From Diplonema japonicum (Eukaryota > Protista > Euglenozoa: Diplonemea), in assembly GCA_964019335.1 (NCBI GenBank), contig OZ025690.1:62001-126000 (forward strand): a stretch of 64,000 nucleotides of DNA, read 5' to 3'. A program made the translations under genes and the position numbers. Below the pieces are notes generated by a model. It was not told where the DNA came from. It did not search any database and saw only the letters and a program-made list of their open reading frames with translations. Of this stretch, positions 36,924 to 47,908 are shown in pieces (within the stretch, counting starts at the first letter, position 1; each line of letters opens with the position of its first letter).

Positions 36924-38633
36924 CTACTGGCTTACGCGCAAGACGTCGACAAGGCGGGTGACATGAGTGCTGGAGATAGGCTTTTCAGATCTACTTGGGC
37001 CTCGATCGAGCCTGGAGGGGATGGGAGGTAGAACAGCAGCGCTTGTCACTATCTTGGCCGCCAAGGCTCTGGGTTGTTGCTTTGAGAGGTCTTCTGATGA
37101 TTTAGTAGCCATTGCGAAGGTGTCTTCATCATGAGTGGTGAGTTCAAGCCGTGTTTCCATTTTTGCAGCGTTTTCCTTTCTGATCAGCTCCAACTTCTCT
37201 TGTGTCTTGAGCTGTCTTTCCTTCTCCTTGTCGAGCATCCCCACCGCCATCTTCACCCCGAACAGCTTCTTCATCGTTCGTTTCACAGTCGATTTCAATT
37301 TCCCATCCTCCTCTACAGGACTCCCTTCCGGGTCGCCTTCTTTGACATAAACCACCTCACGCACAGGCTCTGGTGGCGGGGCGAATTTGAGGTATAAACT
37401 CATTGTGTCGGAGCACACTGCGTCCACCCCGCCATCCTCTTTTGCTTTAGTGAGTAGTTCTCGAAGCCTTTCCAGGACTTGGTAGTGGTCAGCAGTTGCC
37501 AGGCGTGGGTGTTCTAACTCAATGGTGGCCCGTACTCTATCGATCTCCTTTTCAAAGTTCTTTTGCATTCCCTCCTGGCTTTCTTTCATGTCGCTGAGCT
37601 CGTGTTCCAAAGAGGCCACTCTGCGCTCGCCGATCAAGAAGGATTCGATTAGTTCCTTCACCGCCCTCCCGAACCTCACCAACCCAAGGCTGACGTCCAA
37701 GAAATCCGTATTCCGATGATCAACCCCTTCAGCAGGGTTGACAGGGGTTGATACAGGAACCTGCGGAACAATGTCCATCGGGTTGCCTTTTTTCTTTTTG
37801 AGTTCGAAAATCGTTCGCACAGCGTCGGTGAAGGTGTCGTTCAAAGGCGGGACCTTTTCGTTGAGAAGTGCGGCGAGTCCTATGGGTGCGAGGTGGTCCT
37901 GGCCTAGATTGATCGTGACCAAGGCGGTTCTGGTCAAGGTGTTCACGCGGAGAGAAAGCTCGTTGTTGGCTGCCAATGTGGTGGACACAAGGTCCTCAAG
38001 GGACTCCAGGCTGCGCGACAGCCCTTCCGTCCAGCTTTGCAAGCTTTCGAAATACGCCATCATTTGAGACCCAAGCGCGTCGACTGACCTCTTAATATCT
38101 GAAAGGCACTTGCGAAGCGACACGACCTTCGCACTAACAGGGATGAGGGTCTCCACAGGTACTGCAGCAGCAAGGAGAGCAGAAAGACTTTCGGATTTCT
38201 GTTTTGAAGCTGTGAGTTGTACCTCTAAATCATCGATGATGCATTGAAGGTTCGGGTCAGGCTTGCGCGAGACGATGGGGGGGTTCTTTGTACTGAGCGG
38301 GGCGTAGGAGTCGTACTGCTTGTCGAGGATGTCGACCAAGCGTACCGCCAGGTCGTTTGCACAGCTAAGGTCTAGGTCGCTTACAGTGCTGTTCAGGTCA
38401 TGGAGCACCTTCTTCATCGCTTGGGCTGTGAACTCGTCGGCGAAACCCAGCCGTTTCTTGCTGATTCCTGGCCAGTACCCCCAGCTCCCTACCCCAGGCA
38501 TTTCTCTCGGCTTGTACAGCTCAAACCCATCAAAAGGGTTGTCCCACTCGTAGTCGTCCCTCCACAACAGCCTCGTTTCATACTCCTCCTCATTCTTCTC
38601 CACCTTCACGCGCCCCCCTACTGGGTCCCACAT
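36924..38633 (-). CDS. hypothetical coiled-coil protein
   Basis: Long ORF re-started at ATG 38633 (MWDPVGG). Heptad-rich. Confidence 0.7.
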   Translation of the reverse strand: MWDPVGGRVKVEKNEEEYETRLLWRDDYEWDNPFDGFELYKPREMPGVGSWGYWPGISKKRLGFADEFTAQAMKKVLHDLNSTVSDLDLSCANDLAVRLVDILDKQYDSYAPLSTKNPPIVSRKPDPNLQCIIDDLEVQLTASKQKSESLSALLAAAVPVETLIPVSAKVVSLRKCLSDIKRSVDALGSQMMAYFESLQSWTEGLSRSLESLEDLVSTTLAANNELSLRVNTLTRTALVTINLGQDHLAPIGLAALLNEKVPPLNDTFTDAVRTIFELKKKKGNPMDIVPQVPVSTPVNPAEGVDHRNTDFLDVSLGLVRFGRAVKELIESFLIGERRVASLEHELSDMKESQEGMQKNFEKEIDRVRATIELEHPRLATADHYQVLERLRELLTKAKEDGGVDAVCSDTMSLYLKFAPPPEPVREVVYVKEGDPEGSPVEEDGKLKSTVKRTMKKLFGVKMAVGMLDKEKERQLKTQEKLELIRKENAAKMETRLELTTHDEDTFAMATKSSEDLSKQQPRALAAKIVTSAAVLPPIPSRLDRGPSRSEKPISSTHVTRLVDVLRVSQ

Positions 38634-38838
38634 GCACGTGTCGAGTCGTCTGCGAGGTATGTGTGAAAAATACGGGATGGGTGTGAAAAAAAAAAAGGAA
38701 TAATAAACTCTTTTAACTTCACATAAGAAAAAAAAGGGGGGGGGCGAGAGAGGTATACATTTTGTTGTTGACATGAAGGAGGAGGGGGGACGGTGGTTCA
38801 GGGAAGGTTCAGGGAAGAGGCGGGAGAAAAAAAAATAT

Positions 38839-41600
38839 CTATAAAACTGGTGGTGGCGGAGCAGCTCGGTTTGGTCGAGACAGCTGCCCATCTTCAATGG
38901 ACTTCTCAAAAAGGTCTAGCAGTGTGGTACCTGTGTGTTGTTTTCCCTCTCTTCCCTTTTTCTTTCCTTCTTTTTTCGTTGCCTGGCATACCTGGACTAT
39001 ACACAAACCTTGTAGGCTCAGGGGCAGGCGGCGACTCGTCTTCTGTAATGACCAGAGGTGGGCTCCTGCTATCATCTGTGCCTTTCTCTTTGTAGAATTC
39101 CAGCACGTTGGGCGGTGACCCTTCGTAATCCTGTGGTGTCATGGAAAGGAACTGTACGGCAACGCCACACCTTATCTCTCTCCTCCAAACGCCTTTTAAC
39201 AGCTTCCAGATCAGCTACCAACAGTGCTTCTTCTGTTCCCCAATTAGGCGAGCTGGTTGCCATGAACATGCCATTGATGTCGACATCGTCAGGGATGTCC
39301 AGCACCGATTCTGGGCTGTTCTGTGTTTGCGTTTGCCGTGTGCTGACTGGCGACCGCCCGTGCGGTGGGGTCATGTTCCGCAACACCGGCCGAAAGCTCT
39401 CATGGGGTTCCGCAGGCATCGGAGCCACCGGGCTCTCCCTCCCAAGCCCAGGCAGAGGCGCCACAGGACTCTCTAAACCCACAGATCCCGCCGGAACAGC
39501 CTCTGACTTGATGATCTGCGGGCTCAGGCTACTACACTTCGGACCCAGCGCCGTCATCTCTATGGCTTCTTGCGTGGAGTTCAGGATGGCTTTCTCCACA
39601 TCCACAAAAGCCGGCATCGCAGGGCTCTCGAAAGGTGGCATCGGGCTCCTACGTTCCTGTCGTGGGTTGGCACTGTACTGCTGTTCTATATCGTCCTTCA
39701 ACGGCGATGCGGTGTAGGAGGGCTGGTCATGGATGGGAGTGGGGAGGGACTTTGAGGGATGCTTTGAGCTCTCTGGCTGCGGAGGCTCTGGTGGTGCCCT
39801 TCGCACTGGTGCCTGGGGGGCTTGGAGCTGCATAGGTAATTGAGGACGAGCGTAAAGTGGTCCCGGCGTGTGTTGCAAGGGAGCTTTAGGCTTGGCACGT
39901 ATTGGCCCTGAAGACACCGGTGTAGGTACTGGTGCAGGCATAGGGGGAGGTGAAGTACAGGTATCTGCTGCCCGTGTCGATTCTTGGTTAGTGAATTTCA
40001 CAGTTTCCCTCCGGGGAGCTTGCTGAGCCGCGCGCGAAGCTTTGCTCTGACTGGAAGCTGTTGAAGACTTTCTTTGTGTGACAACAGGGCTTTTAGACCT
40101 TGTTCTCTGCATGGGAACTGCCGGCTTTCGTTTCGGAATAGGATGAGGATGCTGACACGGGAGTTGAGAAGTTGTTTGGGACGACGACGCAGAGCGTCGC
40201 CTGACAGGCTTCGCCGTGGGCACCGATGTCGACCGCCTGGACTGTTTCAAAACGCTGATGGCGTTGAGTTCCCTGCGGTTGTAGATCTTTTCGTTACTCC
40301 CCCGCCAGCGCGGCACGTCTCTCGAGGTAGTGATCTTCGGGGAGGAGCTGCGCTTCTTGACAGAGTCAACAATTGCGCGACTCCGCGCAGAGATCGGGAG
40401 CTGAAGAAGCTCATCCTTGTGGGTTGTGACGAGGACTTGCAGCATTTTTGCAACGGAGCTACTCGCAGACTGTGGTTTCGTTGCGATGTAGATAGGATCA
40501 ATGGGAGGAGGATCGGGGATGCTGGCGGCGACCCGCTTGCTGGGGGATGCTGATGTAGAGCGCACCCTCATCCTATTCGGTGAGGGTGACGAGCTTTTCA
40601 GCATTTCCACGTACCCTGCGTGAGGGGAGCCGGACCTGTCGTGTCCACCCTGACGCTTTCTCGATGAATTGCTTTCGCGCGCTTTTCTCTCTTCGTCCAC
40701 CCTGGCAACCCTGAGCAACGCCGACTGGTCGAGAAAGTTCAACGCCCTAATGCTGACATCCGCCAAGGAAGGGTACTGCTTCATTGCGCTCCATATATGG
40801 TAGCCTTGCAGCACCACGAACTCGGGATGCATGTACCGCACATATTCCCGAAGGGTGTACCAGGGATGGATACTGTAGGTCTCGAAGACGCTGAAGCAAA
40901 ACCCAGCATTCGCGAGCAGGTGCGATGCTTCGTTCCGTTCGGGCTTCCAATATGTTGTGGCGACATCGAGCATGTATGCAGGCTGGCAGTGAGTGTGAAA
41001 GACGCACACCCATGCGGAGCAGTCTCCAAGCTCCATCTTGAGGCATTCCAAGACAGACGTGAGCGGCAAATCGTTATCTGCCTCCGCGATGAGCTCAGCG
41101 GTCTTTCGAAGCTCCTTGTAGTAAGGGTGCAGCACCTTGTTGTACCAAAGTATCATGTCGGGGATGCTTTCCGCCAACGTGGAGAGGCGGAACGCCTTGA
41201 ACATCCCGTGGAGCAGCGTTGCAATGGCATGTCCCTTCCCGACGGATATATCTGTCACAGAGTACATATCTTCAGTAGCCTCGTCAGGGGGGGCTCCACC
41301 CCGCTCCCAGATTACCATGATCGAGTCTTCGAGCAGAACGAGCTCGTCGCTCAGGACATCCCCGTCCATCGATCTACGCGGGCCGTGGCACGGGTGGTCC
41401 ATCCTTGGTATCACACAACCGGGCACCAGCACCTCTACAACGCTCGCCAGTATTGCCCCTTGTGATAGCATTCTCCAGTCCTGAACCTCCTCTACCCCCT
41501 CTACACTGTTCAGCCATTGTAAGTACTGCCGCACACGAACCTCACCTGATTTTGTCGCGGGGTTAGGAGGGTCCCACCAGTCGTCCCATCTTACTGGCAT
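38839..41600 (-). CDS. calponin-homology (tandem CH-like) protein with long Ser/Pro-rich tail, 3 exons, ~886 aa
   Basis: CH pattern YLQWLNSV...LSQGAILASVVEVLVPG...DISVGKGHAIATLL, plus a second unit MILWYNKVL. Introns 39131..39170 and 38931..38991. Confidence 0.7.
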
Positions 41601-42315
41601 ATAGCCCTCCTCCTACGAATTGGCTTTTTTTTCCCTCCTCTTTTGTTGGAAGAAAAAAAAAAGAGAAAGAAAAAAAAAAGAATAGAGACAAAAGTATGCA
41701 GGGGTGCTCACTGTGTAAAAAAAAAGAAGAAAAAAAGACAGAACAAGATCAAGAAATATTGTCCCCCGCTGCAGTTGCATCTAAAACTGTAGCCGTTGAG
41801 CAGCTGAGTCTCCCGCAGACAAGGGTGGGAGGAAGTAGTAGGGACAACGTTAGGTCCGGAGTGGAGTGGTTGAATAGTGAGGCACACCAGAGAAGAGAGA
41901 GCAGACTTCTCTGTTGAAGGAGAATATAGAACGCGCATCTCGGTCGCCTCGCACACACAGGGTCCTGTCAGCACCTCAACAGCAACGACGACGGCACAGC
42001 ACTGCGACAGCTTCACACCGCTTTGAGTGAGCTCACCATGACTCTCTGAGGCAGTCCTTGCTACATGCAGGGCAGCATAGGGAATTTGAAAAGCTGTCCC
42101 CCCCCTTTTTTTTGCCTCCCCCCGCCTGTGGATGGTGTAACCGATAGTGTAAGGGAGAAAAAAGAAAAAAAAGAAACAGAAAAAAAGGGGTGGGAGAAAA
42201 AAAAAGGGGGGGAGGGGAGACAAGAACTGAGATGAAGAATTTGAGGGGGGAGGAGGCAGGATATTTCTTTGGTATAAAAGACTTGTGCATTCTCAGTGAG
42301 ACTTTTTGTCCCACG

Positions 42316-42358
<43 letters not shown>

Positions 42359-43121
42359 TAAATGGGAAGGGTAGGAAATATGTGGGGAAAGAAATAAGAG
42401 TGAGAAACAAAGAAAAAAAAAGGGGGAGAACATGTTAATTCAGTTCATGGGACTTACTTTGATGATGGAGAAATTGCTACCAAACAATGGAGAAAGAAGA
42501 AGAAAGAAAAAAAAGATTTGCCATAAATAAAAAAACCATACCCTAATATAATTATAAAAGAAGGAAAAAAAATATATATGAGTTAAAGGAGGCCGGTGTT
42601 GGCGGCGCCCTGCACAAGAACTGTCTACTTGATTACAGGGGGCGCGCCGCGGCCGAGTTGTAGCTTCTTCTGCGTTCCGCGTCGTGTCCTTAATGCGTGC
42701 GGTGTACAGCTCAACCCCAGCCGGTGCGTCCCGGGTAACCAAGATTCTGCGCTCGTGCAGTTTGCTGCCTGTTCGTCACCCTGAGCATCTGCATTATGTT
42801 CTTCCACTCGGGCGCTACCGGTGATGACCGACGAGGAGGTCAACAGCGAACAACACATCTGATGTTTTTCTTATATTTTCATGTTATCCCCACCACCAAA
42901 AAAAAAAAAAAAAAAAAAAAAAAAGAGACATTTAAGGGTACCTGCGGTATGTGACAGGACGCCTGAAAAAAAAAGAAGATGAAAAGCTGAAGTCAATTGA
43001 AAAGTCATAAAAAAAAATAAAAAAAGAGTCGGTGTTGTTCGTGCACAGCTGGGGCTAACCTGTAGAAAGGATAAGCCCAACAATGCTACCACTACTCCTT
43101 TTAGCACTAACAATTCATTAC

Positions 43122-43700
43122 GCTTCACATCCGCTAAGTGACCCACCAGAACCCGCATTTTGAAGAAGAGCTAAAAAAAAAACTTCCAATTGCTTTTTCT
43201 AGGGCTGGAATGGATTTATTTGCGTCCGGAGCCAATATCCGACATATGGATTTCTTTTTGTACCAAAATCTTTTTTGGTGATTTGCCTTACTTTGTACTA
43301 TGCAAAATGAAGCAGCTCAAACACAACACAAGCGGGGTTCGACCCGCGACTCCTGGAACAAGGGGGCCTGACAGGTGAGCACGGTAACCGCTCTACCACA
43401 CGGGAATTCAAAATTCTGACCAATAATAATAATAAGATTATTTTCCGCAGAAATACTGGTCAGGAAGCTGGCTTCTGGGGTCGAACCAAGTGCCCAGGTG
43501 CAAACCCGTCATTTTGGTTGGCCCCCAAGATTTCTTTTTTGGAAAACCTTTTTTGGAACTTTCTTAAAACTCACCATTCTTTCCTGTCCGACATATGGAT
43601 TTTTAAAAAAAAGAATTCAGTGAACCTTCGAGCATTTTTCCCATTTTTTCCCCTATAATCCCCTTAAGACACAGGCCGGGTCACTTAGCGGATATGAAGC
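43122..43700. mobile_element. putative non-autonomous TIR element (MITE-like), 579 bp
   Basis: 23-bp inverted repeats GCTTCAcATCCGCTAAGTGACCC (43122..43144) and GGGTCACTTAGCGGATaTGAAGC (43678..43700), 1 mismatch. Internal 16-bp direct repeat at 43238 and 43587. No clear TSD. Confidence 0.65.
43332..43405 (-). pseudogene. degenerate tRNA-like (Asp-like) segment with Pol III A/B boxes
   Basis: Minus strand TCCCGTG TGGTAGAGCGGT ... CCTGTCA ... GCGGG TCGAAC CCCGC. A-box, GTC anticodon-loop context and T-arm hairpin are present, but acceptor and anticodon stems do not pair. Confidence 0.45.
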
Positions 43701-44517
43701 ATTTTCAAATTGTTTTTTCTTGTTCATGCAAAAAAAAAAAAGAAAAGAAAAAAAAGGAGAGAGAAAAAAAGGAATACGAGACCCCTTCCTTGATATCCCC
43801 ATTGTGGTTGTCTATTTATCAATCAAACACCACACTGTTAAAAAAAGTTTATGGATACCGAGGGAGGGAAAAAGAAGAAATAAAATAGCGATTTGTTACT
43901 CACTACTGTTGATGTCATGAAATCTTATGGAGTCACTGGCGCTTCCAACGCTGTAGAGTGGCAGGGTTTAGAGATTTTAAACACCACGAAATTTTGGAAC
44001 GGAATATATATGGAACAACGGTTCATTAAGCCGAATCTTTATTTCTTTTTTATTTCTGTCCCCCCCCTCCCCAATACCGTATTCAATTACTATTGACACT
44101 TCTATGTGCCAGTATAAAAATCTTTTTTTCTTTTCACCAGTATTTAAATTCACTATTTCTAAGGTCAAAGAAAAAACAATATATATAAATAACCCGTCAT
44201 ATATGGCGATAAAAAGTAAACTAATTCCCTCGTATTTACGGGGTTTTTGCAGCAACACATTTCTTTTTTTTTTGTACCCTCCCCAGCACCCTTCCAGCGA
44301 TAGAAATCATAACCATAATAAATTCGATAAAGTTTCAGTGCGCATGGGGGTGCTCACTGTTGGTTAATAAAAAAAAAAAAAAACTTCCCTCCCTCCCCTC
44401 AAAAAAAAAAAAAAAAAAACAACTAAAAAAGAATATAAGTAAAAAAAGGCGCTTTTAATGAACTAAAATTGAGAAGAAAAGCGAATAGAGGGGCGAGAAA
44501 CAGAGGAGAAAAAAAAA

Positions 44518-47500
44518 TTACGCCGCAATCGAAGTCATAAGTGTACGGTCCCACTGTGTCTGCGCCATGTAGTACTGGCCGCTGTCCATGTTGAAGACGC
44601 TGGAGTGCTCCGACACTTCGGGGGACTCAGCGTCGGACAGATCCATAGATTTTTCGCTGCGAGCTTTTTCATGCAAAAGCCGGAGCTGATCCACAACCTG
44701 GCGCATGCTGACCCTCTCCTTGTAGTCCGTGTTCCAGCATGCCTTAATGACAGTGTCGTAGATGTGATGAGCGTACGGCCTGCCTGGTGGCTTGGGCATT
44801 GTTCCACCTTTGATAATAATCTCCTTTGCGAGCTTCAAGAACGCAACCCTCTCGAACTGAACATCTGGTAGCAGCCAAAAGAAAGGACATTGTGTGGGCA
44901 CACACAACATCTCCCACAGAAGCACGCCGAAGCTCCACACATCGAAGTGGGTCGCTGCCTTTCGCTCCCCGTTTGACATCTTCAACGCTTCTGGTGATGA
45001 CCACAACACAGGCACAATAGGTGACAGCCCTCCTATAGGTGTGCAGAGCCCTAGATCGCCTAGCTTCGCATCACCCGATGTTGTTAGAAGGATATTCCTT
45101 GCTGCTAGATCCTGATGGACGACACCTTCCGTGTGCAGGAATAGTACTGCCCTGCTTATTCTCAGAGCGATGTCCAGATATTCTTCGAAGGACAGTTCTA
45201 CTTTCAGCCTTTGCGGCAGGCCGCCTGGTTGGCACAACGCGGTGACCATGAACAGTCTTCCGTCGTGCTTGCTCCACCCGTAAAATGTCAGGATGTGCTC
45301 GTACCTCAAGCTGTTCAAGTGGCACATCTCGTCCACGAAGCTCTCCAGCGTGTCGTTGCTGTAGTCGCGCAGCTCCTTCACCGCAACCTCTTCCAACACT
45401 CTGGTGTACTCGCACTTGTACACGGTTCCGAACGACCCATGGCCTAGCTCCACCCACGTATCTTTTTTGAGGTCTTCGTAGTTGATGAATTGCGATACAG
45501 GGAGGCGCGACTCTGGAGTCGATGCGTCTGTGTCGCCTGTGATGGTGCGGGAGGGGAGCTGGCTAAAGGAGCCGTCTGTCCTGCGAGTTTCAGAGGAGCT
45601 GATGGTGGTAGGCGGGATGGCATTGGGGTTGATTTGTGTCTTGTCAACGACGCCCCGCACGTAGCATGTGGAGCACACACGAAGCAGGCAACCGAACCCG
45701 TACTTCGGTAGAGGTATCCTATGTGCTGTGCAGGCGGCACAGAAGACCCCCCCGCACGCCCTGCAGTGGTGCCTTCGTGTCGTGAACGAAAACTTCGCCC
45801 CGCACAGCTTGCAGAACTCCGCAGTCGCATCGTCCTCCCACGCTGCGAGTTGCTTTCTCCTCTCCCTTCTCGACACTGTGACTTGTTCCCCTCTTTTCAG
45901 ATGTCCTGATTCCTTCTCCAGTCTTTCTTTCTCTAGCACTGCCGCATCAGGGTTCAGCTCTGTGATGCCTTTTCTATCATAAATGGCGAAAGCGAAGGCG
46001 GCAATGGACCCAAGCACTAGGTCGACCATCAGCGGCAAGAGGCCTTTGTCTGTGTCGGACATGTGGGACACGGAGTCGAGAGCGTAGCCTGCACCGATGG
46101 AAAGGACGGCAGAGCTGAAGTACTTAGTCAGAACAATCAAAGCGTTGCCAAGGATGTCGTACCCTGTAGGCAGCACCAGACCGTAGACTGTGAGTCCCGC
46201 GCTGTAGCCAAACTTCATAATGATGCCCGAGACTGACAGCACAACGATCATGGTTGTCTCGCTGCTCCACGTGCGGTGCTGTGTCAGCGAGAAAACAGTG
46301 CCAAAGGCAGCAAGGGCCAGCCCCGACTGCAACCAGACCCTGTTCGACATCTGGTCCAAACCCCTAGACAGCAGTGTTGACGCGGTGGCTGCGAAAAAAA
46401 CAGCTGCACCGTACCTGCCCGCTCCTGTCGCGCTCACCATGCCGCACCTATGCAAGATAATTGGGAAGAACGTAGCAAGCACATCCAACCCGGGCGATGT
46501 AAAGAAGAAGACACCAAGCTGCCACCAGGCCTGTACAGGGATCGCAGCACAACACGGGGTATCGTCCTTGATGCCCAGCATCTCAAGAACTTCGTCAGCG
46601 GCCTCAGGAGACCTGCGCAAATGGTCCGAGTTCGAAGCACTGTACACGTAATAGAAACAGACAGTGAAGAATGAAACGATCGACGGCAGCCACATACCGC
46701 CCCACAGGGCGTGGATGAGATCGCTTTTTTGAACGACGGAAGGAAGTCCCAAGAAAGCGGTGGCTGCGAGCGCATAAACAAGCGCGTCGACTGCAAAGAG
46801 CATGGCATTCATAACCTCAGGCTGCCTGCCCATCCACCGTGCAATCATAGCTTGGAGACACGGCTCAAGCAACGCATACCCGAAACCGGTGAAGATGCGA
46901 GAGATGTAGAACAGCCACAACCGATCGCTCAGGTGGCCTTCCTCTTGTTGCGCGCCAAGAGCGAAGAGCGCACCACCAAACGCGCAGATGACAACTGCAG
47001 CGAAGGCGACGATCTGGTCTAAAGGACGGTTCGGGGTGTTATAAGTAGCGAAGAGGTGGACGGACACATAGTACCCGACAATGCCGGAAATGTACGAAGC
47101 GGCAAGCAGAGTGCCTATGTTGCCTGCTGTAAGGCCTTCAACGATAAGGCATGGCCCGAGGCATGCTGGGAGATACATGGCAAAGGTAGGGCCGACGGTC
47201 GTTAGTGCAACGATGAAGGCTACTACCATGGCGTCCATGCGGGAGATGACACGTGGGACGGGACCTGAGTCGGCAGGAGAGCACGACCACAAGAAGTGCC
47301 GGGCTGACACACCCCTTGCTGCTGACGATTGTAAGTTCTTTCGAAGCAATAGTTCTGCCGTGCTCGGCTCTGCCATCTCCCTGCTCCACATCACAACCTC
47401 GTTCTCTATACGCCCCGTGCTCCCGTTCGATGCCGTTGTTGCTATCGGGACCACCACTGTGCTGCCCACCAACGGAGTCTGTTCCGTCTCCTTCCCGTAG

Positions 47501-47550
47501 CTTAGCTTCTTTTTAAACGGAATGTTCCGTATCACGGTTCCGTTTATCAT
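44518..47550 (-). CDS. MFS transporter-FYVE-protein kinase (TK/TKL-type) fusion, 1010 aa
   Basis: About 12 hydrophobic helices. FYVE WEDD...CKLC...RRHHCRACGGVFC..C...RVCSTC. Kinase GHGSFG, VAVK, HQDLAARN, DLG, PVLWSSPE, DVWSFGVLLWEM. One uninterrupted ORF. Confidence 0.9.
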   Translation of the reverse strand: MINGTVIRNIPFKKKLSYGKETEQTPLVGSTVVVPIATTASNGSTGRIENEVVMWSREMAEPSTAELLLRKNLQSSAARGVSARHFLWSCSPADSGPVPRVISRMDAMVVAFIVALTTVGPTFAMYLPACLGPCLIVEGLTAGNIGTLLAASYISGIVGYYVSVHLFATYNTPNRPLDQIVAFAAVVICAFGGALFALGAQQEEGHLSDRLWLFYISRIFTGFGYALLEPCLQAMIARWMGRQPEVMNAMLFAVDALVYALAATAFLGLPSVVQKSDLIHALWGGMWLPSIVSFFTVCFYYVYSASNSDHLRRSPEAADEVLEMLGIKDDTPCCAAIPVQAWWQLGVFFFTSPGLDVLATFFPIILHRCGMVSATGAGRYGAAVFFAATASTLLSRGLDQMSNRVWLQSGLALAAFGTVFSLTQHRTWSSETTMIVVLSVSGIIMKFGYSAGLTVYGLVLPTGYDILGNALIVLTKYFSSAVLSIGAGYALDSVSHMSDTDKGLLPLMVDLVLGSIAAFAFAIYDRKGITELNPDAAVLEKERLEKESGHLKRGEQVTVSRRERRKQLAAWEDDATAEFCKLCGAKFSFTTRRHHCRACGGVFCAACTAHRIPLPKYGFGCLLRVCSTCYVRGVVDKTQINPNAIPPTTISSSETRRTDGSFSQLPSRTITGDTDASTPESRLPVSQFINYEDLKKDTWVELGHGSFGTVYKCEYTRVLEEVAVKELRDYSNDTLESFVDEMCHLNSLRYEHILTFYGWSKHDGRLFMVTALCQPGGLPQRLKVELSFEEYLDIALRISRAVLFLHTEGVVHQDLAARNILLTTSGDAKLGDLGLCTPIGGLSPIVPVLWSSPEALKMSNGERKAATHFDVWSFGVLLWEMLCVPTQCPFFWLLPDVQFERVAFLKLAKEIIIKGGTMPKPPGRPYAHHIYDTVIKACWNTDYKERVSMRQVVDQLRLLHEKARSEKSMDLSDAESPEVSEHSSVFNMDSGQYYMAQTQWDRTLMTSIAA

Positions 47551-47908
47551 CTTGTCTTTCTGCAGAGCCCCCTACCGCTCCTGTTTTCTCTTTTTCTTTT
47601 TGTGCGGTTTCTTTTCTCTTTCTTTTACAGTGGCAATGATAGAAAAAAAAAAAGAACTCGTGTAGGATTGCATAAAAAAAAGAGAAAAAAAAAAAACCCA
47701 AACACTTTTCTTTCTTTTTCTTTAAAAGGGATAGGAAGAATATAAATAATGAAAAGGAAAGAGATGGGGAAAGTTAGGCTAGGATTTTCTTTTTTTTTTC
47801 TTTTGTGACCCCTCCCCCTCTCCCGTTTCATCCTTTTCTTTTGTGACCCCTCCCCCCCCTTTCCCTTTCCCCCCCCCCTCTACACTTTTTTTTTCGTTCC
47901 TTTAAATC

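Noticed and set aside
43332-43405. Functional tRNA-Asp gene
   Set aside because: Acceptor and anticodon stems do not pair and the T-loop has 6 nt. Kept only as tRNA-like.
41600-44500. Spliced-leader RNA gene
   Set aside because: The conserved SL core (CAGTTTCTGTACTTTATTG|GTATG) was not seen on either strand by eye.
47797-47858. Short duplicate TTTTCTTTTGTGACCCCTCCCCC
   Set aside because: Local tandem duplication in a low-complexity spacer, with no further structure.
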